In this document: positions 51,501 through 64,000 of the stretch, piece after piece
Layout of the letters: each line of letters opens with the position of its first letter
How positions within the stretch are numbered: position 1 is the first letter of the stretch
DNA from: Eledone cirrhosa
Taxonomy: Eukaryota
Assembly (NCBI GenBank): GCA_964016885.1
Contig: OZ024764.1
Span: forward strand, 11,160,001 to 11,224,000
DNA: 64,000 nucleotides
Reading direction: 5' to 3'
The notes under the pieces: model-generated
Database searches by the model: none
What the model saw: only the letters and a program-made list of their open reading frames with translations
What the model was told of the DNA's origin: nothing
Position numbers and translations under genes: made by a program

Positions 51501-53522
51501 ACAGCTTCCATCCACTAGGAACTCCTGGTACCTCATCACCCTACAATCATCACCCATACACATTATGTGCCTGCCTGGACCAGTACAATGCCCGAGTCTT
51601 CCTTGGTCTTCCTCTTACACAGCTTCCATCCACTAGGAACTCCTGGTACCTCATCACCCTACAATCATCACCCATACACATTATGTGCCTGCCTGGACCA
51701 GTACAATGCCCAAGTCTTCCTTGGTCTTGTTCTTACACAGCTTCCATGAACTAGGAACTCCTGGTACCTCATCACCCTACAATCATCACCCATACACATT
51801 ATGTGCCTGCCTGGACCAGTACAATGCCCGAGTCTTCCTTGGTCTTCTTCTTACACAGCTTCCATCCACTAGGAACTCCTGGTACCTCATCACCCTACAA
51901 TCATCACCCATACACATTATGTGCCTGCCTGGACCAGTACAATGCCCGAGTCTTCCTTGGTCTTCCTCTTACACAGCTTCCATCCACTAGGAACTCCTGG
52001 TACCTCATCACCCTACAATCATCACCCATACACATTATGTGCCTGCCTGGACCAGTACAATGCCCAAGTCTTCCTTGGTCTTGTTCTTACACAGCTTCCA
52101 TCCACTAGGAACTCCTGGTACCTCATCACCCTACAATCATCACCCATACACATTATGTGCCTGCCTGGACCAGTACAATGCCCGAGTCTTCCTTGGTCTT
52201 CCTCTCACACAGCTTCCATCCACTAGGAACTCCTGGTACCTCATCACCCTACAATCATCACCCATACACATTATGTGCCTGCCTGGACCAGTACAATGCC
52301 CGAGTCTTCCTTGGTCTTCCTCTTACACAGCTTCCATCCACTAGGAACTCCTGGTACCTCATCACCCTACAATCATCACCCATACACATTATGTGCCTGC
52401 CTGGACCAGTACAATGCCCAAGTCTTCCTTGGTCTTGTTCTTACACAGCTTCCATCCACTAGGAACTCCTGGTACCTCATCACCCTACAATCATCACCCA
52501 TACACATTATGTGCCTGCCTGGACCAGTACAATGCCCGAGTCTTCCTTGGTCTTCCTCTTACACAGCTTCCATCCACTAGGAACTCCTGGTACTTCATCA
52601 CCCTACAATCATCATCCATACACATTATGTGCCTGCCTGGACCAGTACAATGCCCAAGTCTTCCTTGGTCTTGTTCTTACACAGCTTCCATGAACTAGGA
52701 ACTCCTGGTACCTCATCACCCTACAATCATCACCCATACACATTATGTGCCTGCCTGGACCAGTACAATGCCCGAGTCTTCCTTGGTCTTCCTCTTACAC
52801 AGCTTCCATCCACTAGGAACTCCTGGTACCTCATCACCCTACAATCATCACCCATACACATTATGTGCCTGCCTGGACCAGTACAATGCCCAAGTCTTCC
52901 TTGGTCTTGTTCTTACACAGCTTCCATGAACTAGGAACTCCTGGTACCTCATCACCCTACAATCATCACCCATACACATTATGTGCCTGCCTGGACCAGT
53001 ACAATGCCCGAGTCTTCCTTGGTCTTCCTCTTACACAGCTTCCATCCACTAGGAACTCCTGGTACCTCATCACCCTACAATCATCACCCATACACATTAT
53101 GTGCCTGCCTGGACCAGTACAATGCCCAAGTCTTCCTTGGTCTTCCTCTTACACAGCTTCCATCCACTAGGAACTCCTGGTACCTCATCACCCTACAATC
53201 ATCACCCATACACATTATGTGCCTGCCTGGACCAGTACAATGCCCGAGTCTTCCTTGGTCTTCCTCTCACACAGCTTCCATCCACTAGGAACTCCTGGTA
53301 CCTCATCACCCTACAATCATCACCCATACACATTATGTGCCTGCCTGGACCAGTACAATGCCCAAGTCTTCCTTGGTCTTCCTCTTACACAGCTTCCATC
53401 CACTAGGAACTCCTGGTACCTCATCACCCTACAATCATCACCCATACACATTATGTGCCTGCCTGGACCAGTACAATGCCCGAGCCTTCCTTGGTCTTCC
53501 TCTCACACAGCTTCCATCCACT
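45591..53522. repeat. 118-bp satellite, about 67 units, derived from RTE RT coding sequence on the minus strand
   Basis: ORF track steps by 118. Minus-strand unit reads RHIMCMGDDCRVMRYQEFLVDGSCVRGRPRKTW. Three 104-bp deleted units near 49800, 49905 and 50365. Confidence 0.97.
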
Positions 53523-53589
53523 CACATCTACCCTCCAACTTCTCCTTAGTGAGCCGTAATCTCCTGAGGTTAGATTTCAACAACTCTGC

Positions 53590-53753
53590 CACCTTACCAC
53601 CACCACCTTACCACCACCACCACCACCACCACCACCACCTTACCACCACCACCTTACCACCACCACCACCACCACCACCTTACCACCACCACCACCACCT
53701 TACCACCACCACCACCACCACCATCATTTCACTATTTTTCCCACTACTTTCTA

Positions 53754-53840
<87 letters not shown>

Positions 53841-53865
53841 CAGACACACACACACACACACACAG
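53590..53865. repeat. (ACC)n and (CA)n microsatellites
   Basis: Seen directly. Confidence 0.9.
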
Positions 53866-53961
53866 AGAAGGGAGATCAATGCTGAATTGTTGAAACCATA
53901 GCTACAGTTTTCTCTGAATCAATATATACATACATATATATACATACATACATATATATAC

Positions 53962-53996
<35 letters not shown>

Positions 53997-54007
53997 CATA
54001 TATATAC

Positions 54008-54046
<39 letters not shown>

Positions 54047-54047
<1 letters not shown>

Positions 54048-55172
54048 CATCATCATCATCATCAGGTTTAGCGTCCGTGTTCCACGCTTGCATGGGTTTG
54101 GACGGGGGTTTTCCCACTTGAGGCAAGAGTGGTTGTCTTGCTCGCATAGGACTGTCTGGCAGGTTTTCTACAGTTGGATGCCCTTCCTAACACCAACCAC
54201 ATTTACAGTGTGGGGCTGGGAGGTTTTTACCGTGTTGCCTACACGGCCACATTACAGCGTGGACTGTCTGGCGGGTTTTCTACAGCTGGATGCCCTTCCT
54301 AACACCAACCACATTTACAGTGTGGGGCTGGGAGGTTTTTACCGTGTTGCCTACACGGCCACATTTACAGCGTGGACTGTGTGTTTTTTGTCGTGACACC
54401 TACACGATCTCATTTGTTTCGGCCTGGATGTTGTGGGACCAACATAACTTTACATTGAAAGGGCGGTGTGGGTGGGGTGGAGGTGGTGGGACGGGGGTGT
54501 GTTTTGATAGAGATGCCTACTGACTGTAGTAGGTTTTTACTTTGTATTTAGGTAAGGCGGGTCTTCTCTATTACTGAGTACCGCCAAAGGTCTCGGTCCA
54601 GTGACATTGTCTTGGAGAGGTGTAAGCGTGTGAGGTCGGAATTTATCAGCTCGTCCCATGTTTTTCTGGGTCTGCCTACTCCGTGGCTACCGTCTATCTT
54701 TATTGCCCTGCACTTTGTTATACAGCTGTCGTCTTTCATGCGCATCACGTGACCGTACCAACGTAGCCTTCTCTCGAGTAAACAACATCTGATCCCTCTT
54801 ATTTCTAATTTTTTCCTTAGTTCGTTTATGCTTTGCCGTTCACGTATATTACTATTGCACATCCAGCGGAGCATGCAAGCTTCGTTCCTCTCTAGTCTGC
54901 GTATATCCTCTGCACACAATGCCCAGGTCTCACTGCCATGCAGCATTGCTGTTCGTATGCAGGCATCGTATAACCTGCCTTTCATTTTTAGGGAGAACCC
55001 TCTAGCGGCTAATAGTGGTATAAGCTCTCTGAACTTTTTCCATCCAGTTCTGACTCTAGCTACTGTACTTTCAGAGCACCCTCCCCCACTGCTGATTTTG
55101 TCACCCAGATAACGGAAGCTGTCCACTATTTCTATAGAACCCTCTGCGCAGTTGAAGGAGCTAGTATTTATG
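54047..55172 (-). mobile_element. 5'-truncated RTE-clade LINE, young copy
   Basis: Uninterrupted ORF end, 3' UTR with two 112-bp units, and (gat)n tail. Confidence 0.93.
54548..55171 (-). pseudogene. RTE LINE reverse transcriptase C-terminal about 207 aa, no stops
   Basis: IEIVDSFRYLGDKIS...KGRLYDACIRTAMLHGSETW...ERRLRWYGHVMRM...GRPRKTW...DRDLWR. Confidence 0.92.
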
Positions 55173-55173
55173 A

Positions 55174-55530
55174 CCCGTCCCACCCTTGCGAGCAGGGAAG
55201 AGTGGACGTAAAATGATGATATATATATATATATATATATATATAACATACATATATATATATTTATATATATATATTTAACATACATATATATATATAT
55301 AACATACATATATATATTTTTAACATACATATATATATATTTATACCTATATATATATAACATACATACATATATATATATTTAACATACATATATATAT
55401 ATTTAACATACATATATATATATTTAACATACATATATATATATAAATATATATATATAATATATAATCAGTTCCCGTCCCACCATTGCAAGCAGGGAAA
55501 AAGCGGACGTAAAATGATGATGATAATGAT
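55174..55530 (+). mobile_element. Two isolated SINE family B 3' tails (55174-55220, 55466-55530)
   Basis: cccgtcccacc.ttgc.agcagggaa..g.ggacgtaaaatgatgat. Confidence 0.7.
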
Positions 55531-55583
<53 letters not shown>

Positions 55584-55600
55584 ATGATATATATATATAT

Positions 55601-55643
<43 letters not shown>

Positions 55644-55755
55644 ACGAACATATTTACACATACACACATGCATAAACATACACATACACACACACATATA
55701 TATATACATATATATATATACATATATATATATACATATATATATATACACACAC

Positions 55756-55786
<31 letters not shown>

Positions 55787-57230
55787 GGGCATCAAACAAA
55801 GTAGCATGATCATTGAGGTTGTTGTTTTGTGTGTCCTCTCCCCCCCCCCCTCTCCTCCTCTTCCATTTTTTTCTCCATTATTTGTGAAGCCATGTTGCCT
55901 TACGGAAATATGGACGGTGAAAAAATACAATAATACACACACTCATATACATACATACATACATACATGCATACTGATATGTATATGTGTATGTATGTAT
56001 GTATGTGTGCATATATATATATATATATATAATATATATATATGCACATATACACATACATAGGAATGCATACCACACATATACATTTGTGTGTGTATAT
56101 ATGTATATAAATATGTATATATGTGTGTGTGTGTGTATATATATAAACATATGTATATATATATATAAAGATACACACACATAGGAATGCATACACACAC
56201 ATATACATGTTTGTGTATATATATATATGTATATATGTGTGTGTATATAAACATACACACACATACATAATATGTACACACATACACATTACTATACTCT
56301 ACACAGACACACACACAACCATACACTACACAGACACACACACAACCATACACACAACCCTACATTCACACACACAAACACACACACACACAGCCTTACA
56401 TTCACACACACAAACACCTTACATTCACACACACAAACACAGCCATACATACATATACACAGCCATACACATACACAACCATACACACGCATACACAACC
56501 CTACATTCACACACACACATACACAACCCTACATTCACACACACACACACACACACACCCATACACACGCATACACAACCCTACATTCACACAAACACAC
56601 ATACACTGCACACAACCCTACATACACACACACACACACACAACCATACATACACAACACTACACAAGATGAAAGACCCCCCTCTCACCCCCCCCCCCCC
56701 CCCAATCACCCCTCCCCCAAACCCCCAGCCCACTAACCCCCCCAAACCCCAGCCCACTAAATCCCCCCCCCCCCAAACCCTCAGCCCACTACCCCCCCTC
56801 CCCCAAACCCACTAAATCCCCCCCCCCCCTCCCCCAACCCACTAAATCCCCCCCCCCCAACATACTAAAATGGAGGAAAGTGAAGAGAAAATGAAATCCT
56901 TCCATTTCCTTGGGTTAAATGTTATTAACAGCATTGGAAGCTTGTAGGCTGGGTAGAGATAGAAGAGAAGGAGGAGGAGGGTGCGTGGTAGTGAGTGGTG
57001 GCTTGTAGGGTACCTTGTTGTTGTGACTACATGTCAGTGTGACCTTCCCCGGTATAGTGTTGTTACAGTTGGAGAAGAATGGAATAGAAGAGTGACCCAT
57101 GACTGTTGGTGGAGTCGCAAGGCTGCGTTGTATGTCCCCAAAAGTCAGCTCGAAAGTGGCACAGAGGAGACTGAGGTTAGCTGGACATGCTCACCGACAT
57201 TCAGAGTTGACACTACATTCAGTGCTCCTG

Positions 57231-57823
57231 TATATATAAAGTTGTTGTTCCTGTCTGTCTGTTTGTTTGTTTGTTTGTTCATGAACTCCTCCTATGGTTT
57301 TGGAGATAGACCCCGCCCCCCATAACCATATATATTCTGAAACTACATTGCCCAGGGTACTTGGATAAGTATATTTCATTTTAATCAAAGGGTTCCCCGG
57401 GGGCATAAACCCCGCTGAACATTTTTTTTCCATAGGTAAATGACAAGATACGATGTCTATTTACAAAAGTTTTGAATTGATATTTTGAAAAAAATTATAT
57501 ACAAGAAACAAAATAAGAATAAGATTTAATAATGTAATATTGATTTGATATATTACAAAAAATAATTGTTTCTACTTTTGGCACAAGGCCAGCAATTATC
57601 CCAGTGCATTACTGGTACTTTATTTTATCGACCCCTTAAGGATGAAAGACAAAGTTAATCTCGCAAAATATGTTTTCCAATTTTTCATGCATTACATTTT
57701 ACATTGAGTAACATTGAAATGCAGAGGTTTTCTCCATAAATTATATCACTGATTTAAAATTAATCGCCATTTTCTTACAAAAAGAATTTGCGAAACACAG
57801 CAAGGCGTGGGTAATTCAGCTAG
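57231..57823 (+). mobile_element. Non-autonomous Helitron-like element containing a partial SINE A (57566-57665)
   Basis: 5' TATATATAAA followed by (CTGT/TTGT)n. 3' end is an imperfect GC-rich hairpin then gggtaattcagCTAG|t. Confidence 0.55.
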
Positions 57824-58000
57824 TATATATATATATATATATATATAAATCTTGAGTATATGTTAGTTGGTTACCGACACCTCAGTATGCAGATTGGAGC
57901 ACTCGACGAAGTACGCAGGTTGGTTTGGTTACTCCGGAGTAATGTAAAATAAAATAATTAAGTCAAATATTTAAAATTTGACTTCGTTTATTAAAGATGT

Positions 58001-58055
58001 ACTGCTATATATATTTCGGTGACAGCCATCATTGTCTGTGACCTCTTCAGGCAGT
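58001..58055 (-). ncRNA. Type I hammerhead ribozyme (inverted arm)
   Basis: Reverse complement of 58266-58320 with one stem II change. Confidence 0.8.
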
Positions 58056-58265
58056 CCGAATTGGTGTGGTAGAGACAGGAACACATGTTGTTGAAGTGTT
58101 TTACTCCATCAATACTCCGATATGTCCAGCTCCTGGTTGGGTTGTTATTTCTCTGAGGAACTGGAATCATATGATTCAACACAACCAGGAGCTGGACATA
58201 TCGGAGTATTGACGGAGTAAAACACTTCAACAACATGTGTATCTGTCTCTACCACACCAATTCGG

Positions 58266-58320
58266 ACTGCCTGAAGAGGTCACAGCCAATGATGGCTGTC
58301 ACCGAAATATATATAGCAGT
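58266..58320 (+). ncRNA. Type I hammerhead ribozyme, intact core
   Basis: actgc-CTGAAGA-GGT-c-ACAGCCA-atga-TGGCTGT-c-ACC-GAAA-TATATAT-A-gcagt. Confidence 0.88.
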
Positions 58321-58369
58321 ACATCATTAATAAACAAAGTCAAATTTTAAATATTTGACTTAATTATTT

Positions 58370-58420
<51 letters not shown>

Positions 58421-58435
58421 TACATACACATATAA

Positions 58436-58698
58436 AGCTCGAAAGTGACACAGAGGAGACTGAGGTTAGCTGGACATGCTCGTAGACCTACAGAGCTGAC
58501 ACTGCACTCAGTGGTCCTGTGGGAACCCCTACACGGACAGACTAGAAGAGGGAGACTGAGGTTGACATATATTGATGCCCTAAGGACAAACAATGGTCTC
58601 TAGAAGAAGCAGAAAATGGCGGTGATGATGAAAGACAGAGACCGCTGAAGAGAACTCAATCATGGATCTCAGAAATTTTACCCACCATAAATAGATAG
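58436..58698 (+). pseudogene. Second RTE-like family RT C-terminal fragment with (atag)n tail
   Basis: Homologous to 45160-45414. Confidence 0.8.
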
Positions 58699-59084
58699 TA
58701 TATATAAATAGTGTATGTATAGTGTATATATACCCTTTATATAGTGTATATAAGAATTATGATATTACTGGCGCCAAACTGTATTGGCTTTTGTCTTTCT
58801 CTTGGACAACATCATATATATTGTGTATATAGTATATATGTAATGTGTGAATGTATACGTGTGTATATATGTGTATATAATGTGTGTGTGTATATATTTG
58901 TATAACTTACCGTACACCATCTAGTGATGGTGTATGGTAGTGTATATAGAGACTGTATGTGGTGCATGGTAGTGTGTATATAGATGTCTGAATGTGGTGT
59001 GTATATAGAGAGAGGACTGTTTATGGTGTGTATAAGATGTGTCATGTTGTATAGTAGTGTATACAGAGAGGACTCTATGTGGTG

Positions 59085-60445
59085 TATATATATAGAGGAC
59101 TATATATGATGTGTTGAAGATCTCATGGTGTATAGTAGTGTATATATAGAGAGGACTGTATGTGGTGTGTTGAAGGTGTCATGGTGTATAGTAGTGTATA
59201 TATAGAGGACTGTATGTGGTGTGTTGAAGGTGTCATGGTGTATAGTAGTGTATATATAGAGGACTGTATGTGGTGTGTTGAAGGTGTCATGGTGTATAGT
59301 AGTGTATATATAGAGGACTGTATGTGGTGTGTATATATATAGAGGATTGTATATGATGTGTTGAAGGTGTCATGGTGTATAGTAGTGTATATATATAGAG
59401 AGAGGACTGTATGTGGTGTGTTGAAGGTGTCATGGTGTATAGTAGTGTATATATAGAGGACTGTATGTGGTGTGTTGAAGATGTCATGGTGTATAGTAGT
59501 GTATATATAGAGGACTGTATGTGGTGTGTTGAAGATGTCATGGTGTATAGTAGTGTATATATAGAGAGGACTGTATGTGGTGTGTTGAAGATGTCATGGT
59601 GTATAGTAGTGTATATATAGAGAGAGGACTGTATGTGGTGTGTTGAAGATGTCATGGTGTATAGTAGTGTATATATAGAGAGAGGACTGTATGTGGTGTG
59701 TTGAAGGTGTCATGGTGTATAGTAGTGTATATATAGAGAGAGGACTGTATGTGGTGTGTTGAAGATGTCATGGTGTATAGTAGTGTATATATAGAGAGAG
59801 GACTGTATGTGGTGTGTTGAAGGTGTCATGGTGTATAGTAGTGTATATATAGAGAGAGGACTGTATGTGGTGTGTTGAAGGTGTCATGGTGTATAGTAGT
59901 GTATATATAGAGAGAGGACTGTATGTGGTGTGTTGAAGGTGTCATGGTGTATAGTAGTGTATATATAGAGAGAGGACTGTATGTGGTGTGTTGAAGATGT
60001 CATGGTGTATAGTAGTGTATATATATATAGAGAGAGGACTGTATGTGGTGTGTTGAAGATGTCATGGTGTATAGTAGTGTATATATAGAGGACTATATGT
60101 GGTGTGTTGAAGATGTCATGGTGTATAGTAGTGTATATATATAGAGAGGACTGTATGTGGTGTGTTGAAGGTGTCATGGTGTATAGTAGTGTATATATAG
60201 AGGACTGTATGTGGTGTGTTGAAGGTGTCATGGTGTATAGTAGTGTATATATAGAGAGAGGACTGTATGTGGTGTGTTGAAGATGTCATGGTGTATAGTA
60301 GTGTATATATATAGAGAGAGGACTGTATGTGATGTGTTGAAGATGTCATGGTGTATAGTAGTGTATATATATAGAGAGAGAGGACTGTATATGATGTGTT
60401 GAAGGTGTCATGGTGTATAGTAGTGTATATATAGAGAGGACTGTA
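59085..60445. repeat. 63-71-bp minisatellite, about 21 units
   Basis: gaggactgtatgtggtgtgttgaag(g/a)tgtcatggtgtatagtagtg followed by variable (TA)n(GA)n. Confidence 0.95.
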
Positions 60446-61653
60446 TATATATTATGTGGGCATGTGTAGAATATTTAAATTCTATTTAGCTGTGAAACAT
60501 TGTACAGTGATTGCAGTAGAAGACATCATGAAATGCGTGTATGGAAGAGGTGTGATAGCGTATGGTAATGAAACATAGCGCCATAAACAGGCAAAGACAT
60601 TTTATTGAGATTCTACAAGAAATAATTCAATATTTTGTGTGTGTTGAATGGACAAGGTGAACCTAGAAGGAACGAGGTGTGAAAATGAGATGAGAAGAAA
60701 ACCACAGGAGTGATAGTCAGGCAGTATTGAAAGAATGCAAGAGTGATGACTGTATTGAGATAAACACATCACACCATTTGATAGAATCAAATAGAATGTT
60801 CCATTGCCTGTGTCATCTGCAGTATTGCCGACATCATCCTCCATTTTACCACTATCAGTATTTCTATTGAGACTATTCAAAGGTTATCCTAGTTTTTGGT
60901 TTATAAGATGTACTTTTTGAAGAAAAAGAGTTTTAAAGTAAGAAAAAAACCCCTAGAAATGTATGTAATTTGCATGCATGTGTGTGTGTGTGTATGCATG
61001 TGTATATATGTCTGTATATATGTATATATGTGTCTGTATAAATGTATATATATGTGTATATGTATATATATATATATGTGTATATGTATATATATATATA
61101 TGTGTGTGTATATATATATATGTGTGTATGTATATATACATGTGTGTATATGTATGTATATATATATGTGTGTATATGTATATATATATATGTGTGTATA
61201 TATATATGTGTATATGTGTATATATATATGTGTATATGTATATATATATATGTGTATATATATATATATGTGTGTATATATGTATATATATATATGTGTG
61301 TATATATGTATATATATATATATGTGTGTATATATGTATATATATATATATGTGTGTATATATGTATATATATATATGTGTGTATATATGTATATATATA
61401 TATGTGTGTATATATGTATATATATATATGTGTGTATATATGTATATATATATATATATGTGTGTATATATGTATATATATATATATATGTGTGTATATA
61501 TGTATATATATATATGTGTGTATATATGTATATATATATATGTGTATATATGTATATATATATATGTATATATGTATATATATATGTGTGTGTGCATGTA
61601 TATATATATGTGTATATATATATGTATACCTATATGTATAGATTATATGTATG

Positions 61654-61728
<75 letters not shown>

Positions 61729-61731
<3 letters not shown>

Positions 61732-61968
61732 AAGCACATGGTTTAGTGGTTAGAGCATTGGCTTTGCAATCGAAAGGTTGTGAGTTCAATTCTCAGACCG
61801 GGTGATGTGTTGTTTCCTTGAGCAAGACACTTTATTTCACATTGCTCCAGTTTACTCAGCTGTAGAAATGAGATGATAGGGACTGGGGTCCCTATCATTC
61901 CACTGCAAAGTGGTCGTGGAGGTGCCACGGCGAAAAAGCACCCAGCGCTCACTGTAAAATGATGATGA
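61729..61968 (+). mobile_element. SINE family B, internally deleted tail
   Basis: Matches 3481-3710, then (gat)n. Confidence 0.88.
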
Positions 61969-61995
61969 TATATATATATTGGACTGATGACGATG

Positions 61996-62077
<82 letters not shown>

Positions 62078-62475
62078 CATCGTCATCAGTCCAACCCATG
62101 CAAGTGTGGAAAAGCAGACATAAAAACGATGATGATGATGATGATGACACACACACAGACACACACAGAAAGACAGACACACACATACAAAAGTAGATGT
62201 TTTAAATGCTAGCATTCACATTATTTTATATATACTATTATATTTTCATGGTAAAGACTTTACCTCACATAATATCTCATATATCTCTATATATACTCGT
62301 GTATAGGTCGCACTTTTTTAACGATAAATAAGTATAAATTTTTGGGGTACGACCTATCCGATCGACATCAGACTGACCAATGATTTTTCATATACTTAAT
62401 CAACGATGGGTATTTATAAAAATAACTTTGTTAATGTTGTTTATTATTTAACATAATAATTTCATATATCGACCT

Positions 62476-62858
62476 TGGCTTAGTGGTTAGAGCATTGGCC
62501 TTGCAATCGAAAGGTTGTGAGTTCAATTCTCAGACCAGGTGATGTGTTGTTTCCTTGAGCAAGACACTTTATTTCACATTGTTCCAGTTTACTCAGCTGT
62601 AGAAATGAGATGATAGAGACTGGGGTCCCTATCATTCCACTGCAAAGTGGTCGTGGAGGTGCCACAGCAAAAAAACACCCAGCACCCACTGCAAAGTGGT
62701 CGTGGGGGTGCCACGGCAAAAAAGCACCCAGCATTCACTGTAAATGAGGTTGGTGTTAGGAAGGGCATCCAGCTGTAGAAATCAAGCCAGAATCAGTTCC
62801 CGTCCCACCCTTGCAAGCAGGGAAAAGTGGACGTAAAATGAAATGATGATGATGATGA
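62476..62858 (+). mobile_element. SINE family B with an internal 49-bp tandem duplication
   Basis: cactgcaaagtggtcgtgg at 62638 and 62687. Confidence 0.9.
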
Positions 62859-63218
62859 AATGATGACCTTCTTATACATATATTTCTTGATTTTAAATTT
62901 TTTACTAAAACTTCGTAGTGTTTTCGTTTTTTTCTATCTGACCGAACCATCCGTCATTAAAATCCATAGAAATGCACACCCGGTATTTACAATGTGATTT
63001 CATTGTCTTAGCGTTGCTATGAACACGTATTGTGACGTATTTACTTTAACAGGAAACAGATTATTGCACGTGACGTATTTACTTTAACAGGAAACAGATT
63101 ATTGCACGTGACGTTTCTTTTCAAAATTAGCAAGTGAGAAAAGTTGGTAGTTGAATTTTTTTTTATAATTCACTGAGAAATATGAATTCCGGTAAGAGAA
63201 AAAGTTATCAAACAGTTT

Positions 63219-63490
63219 TCAAGTTAAAGGTGGTTGGTTATGAGGAAGAATTTGGAAATAGGTGTGAACATGTATTGGTGTTGTATCTTTCAACCACGTT
63301 GCTGTAATATTTTCAATGGTGTCCGTCAGATCTTCGCTTTCACTTTCAAAGTAACTATCATCGTCAGAAATAAATACGTCTGATTCATTTGAAGATAAAT
63401 CACTAATATTATCTTGTGTTTCTTTTTCATTTCGAATGTTGTCGCATGTAAAACCTTCAAAGTCGGTATTCACTACTTTGGGAAGCCATG
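63219..63490 (-). pseudogene. Acidic N-terminal fragment resembling a piggyBac-type transposase
   Basis: MASQSSE / frameshift / TDFEGF...ESDVFISDDDSYFESESED...ATWLKDTTPIHV. Resemblance judged by eye only. Confidence 0.35.
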
Positions 63491-64000
63491 TTGATATGCT
63501 AAAAGTCTGTTATACTTTCAACGTTAAAACACACGTGTTATTTCAAGTTGTTTCACTATATTAAGAGTTAATTTTCGTGCTTAAAGGCTTTATCTCGCAG
63601 TAATCTCGAATTGACGAGATTTCAATGACGTTAATATTTATTTTATAAATAAAACATGGTTTGGAGTATATATCGCAACGGTGAAGTAATGGAAAACTAA
63701 CAGATTATTAGTTTCAATTATCATAAACAATAGTAGTTTGACGGCCCAAATTTCAGTGCGACCTATCTGTGAGTCAATGGCAAGTAGTCTATTTGTTAAA
63801 TGAAAATTGGGTATGCGACCTATACGCGAGTATATATGGTAATATCGAATCTATGAGATTTTGAAAGTATTTATTTTGAGAACAATACCTGAACATCAGT
63901 TTGAGCGACCAGTTACAGCCAGTTTCAACAGAAAGAGGGAGAGAATTCTGGCCGGTTTGAACACTAAAGGGTTAAAGCATTAACTGAAAAAGTACTCAAT

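Larger units (their letters stand above)
57945..58376. mobile_element. Fold-back PLE-like remnant, family 5, arms about 200 bp
   Basis: 57945-58144 and 58177-58376 are near-perfect reverse complements. Followed by (TA)n. Confidence 0.85.
62287..63839. mobile_element. pogo/Tc2-like non-autonomous TIR element inserted at TA
   Basis: TIRs ctatatatactcgtgtataggtcgca / tgcgacctatacgcgagtatatatgg. Subterminal cgacctat repeats near 62351 and 63759. Confidence 0.75.
62210..63971. mobile_element. Second piggyBac-like MITE copy (single repeat unit, left end clipped), split by a nested element
   Basis: 62210-62283 and 63840-63971 together match the ends of 181-1525. Ends CTAAAGGG|TTAA. Confidence 0.8.

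Noticed and set aside
45528-53893. Family of 101-aa MPAWTST ORFs
   Set aside because: By-product of the 118-bp period cycling through frames. The meaningful homology is to RT on the opposite strand.
56915-57150. Possible exon in unique sequence
   Set aside because: No convincing acceptor or donor pair and no recognisable peptide.
60602-60880. 92-aa minus-strand ORF
   Set aside because: No recognisable homology or splice support. The plus strand looks like a very decayed RTE RT fragment (IAYGNET*).

Overview
Repeat-saturated, AT-rich animal genomic DNA. The SINE/LINE families and dense (TA)n/(ACC)n microsatellites suggest an octopod cephalopod (inference). Nearly all ORFs in the track are artefacts of microsatellites or tandem arrays. 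Real content: (1) About ten type I hammerhead-ribozyme cores from several Penelope-like retroelement (PLE) families, almost all flanked by (TA)n and often arranged as fold-back palindromes. One palindrome has captured a 176-bp inverted copy of unique DNA from about 2.2 kb upstream. (2) Several tandem arrays that each arose from a piece of a mobile element whose parent or flanks are still visible: a 16.3-kb 49-bp satellite with a 4127-bp higher-order repeat inside an RTE-LINE 3' UTR, 118-bp and 65-bp arrays from RTE reverse-transcriptase coding sequence, a 70-bp array from a SINE tail, and a 72/70-bp array inside a piggyBac-like MITE. (3) Remnants of RTE LINEs, a CRE-like endonuclease, a Tc1/mariner transposase, a hAT transposase, a Helitron-like element, two tRNA-SINE families and a three-level nested insertion. 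(4) Phase-compatible candidate exons of an unrecognised minus-strand host gene. All calls were made by eye; no database search or folding program was run.
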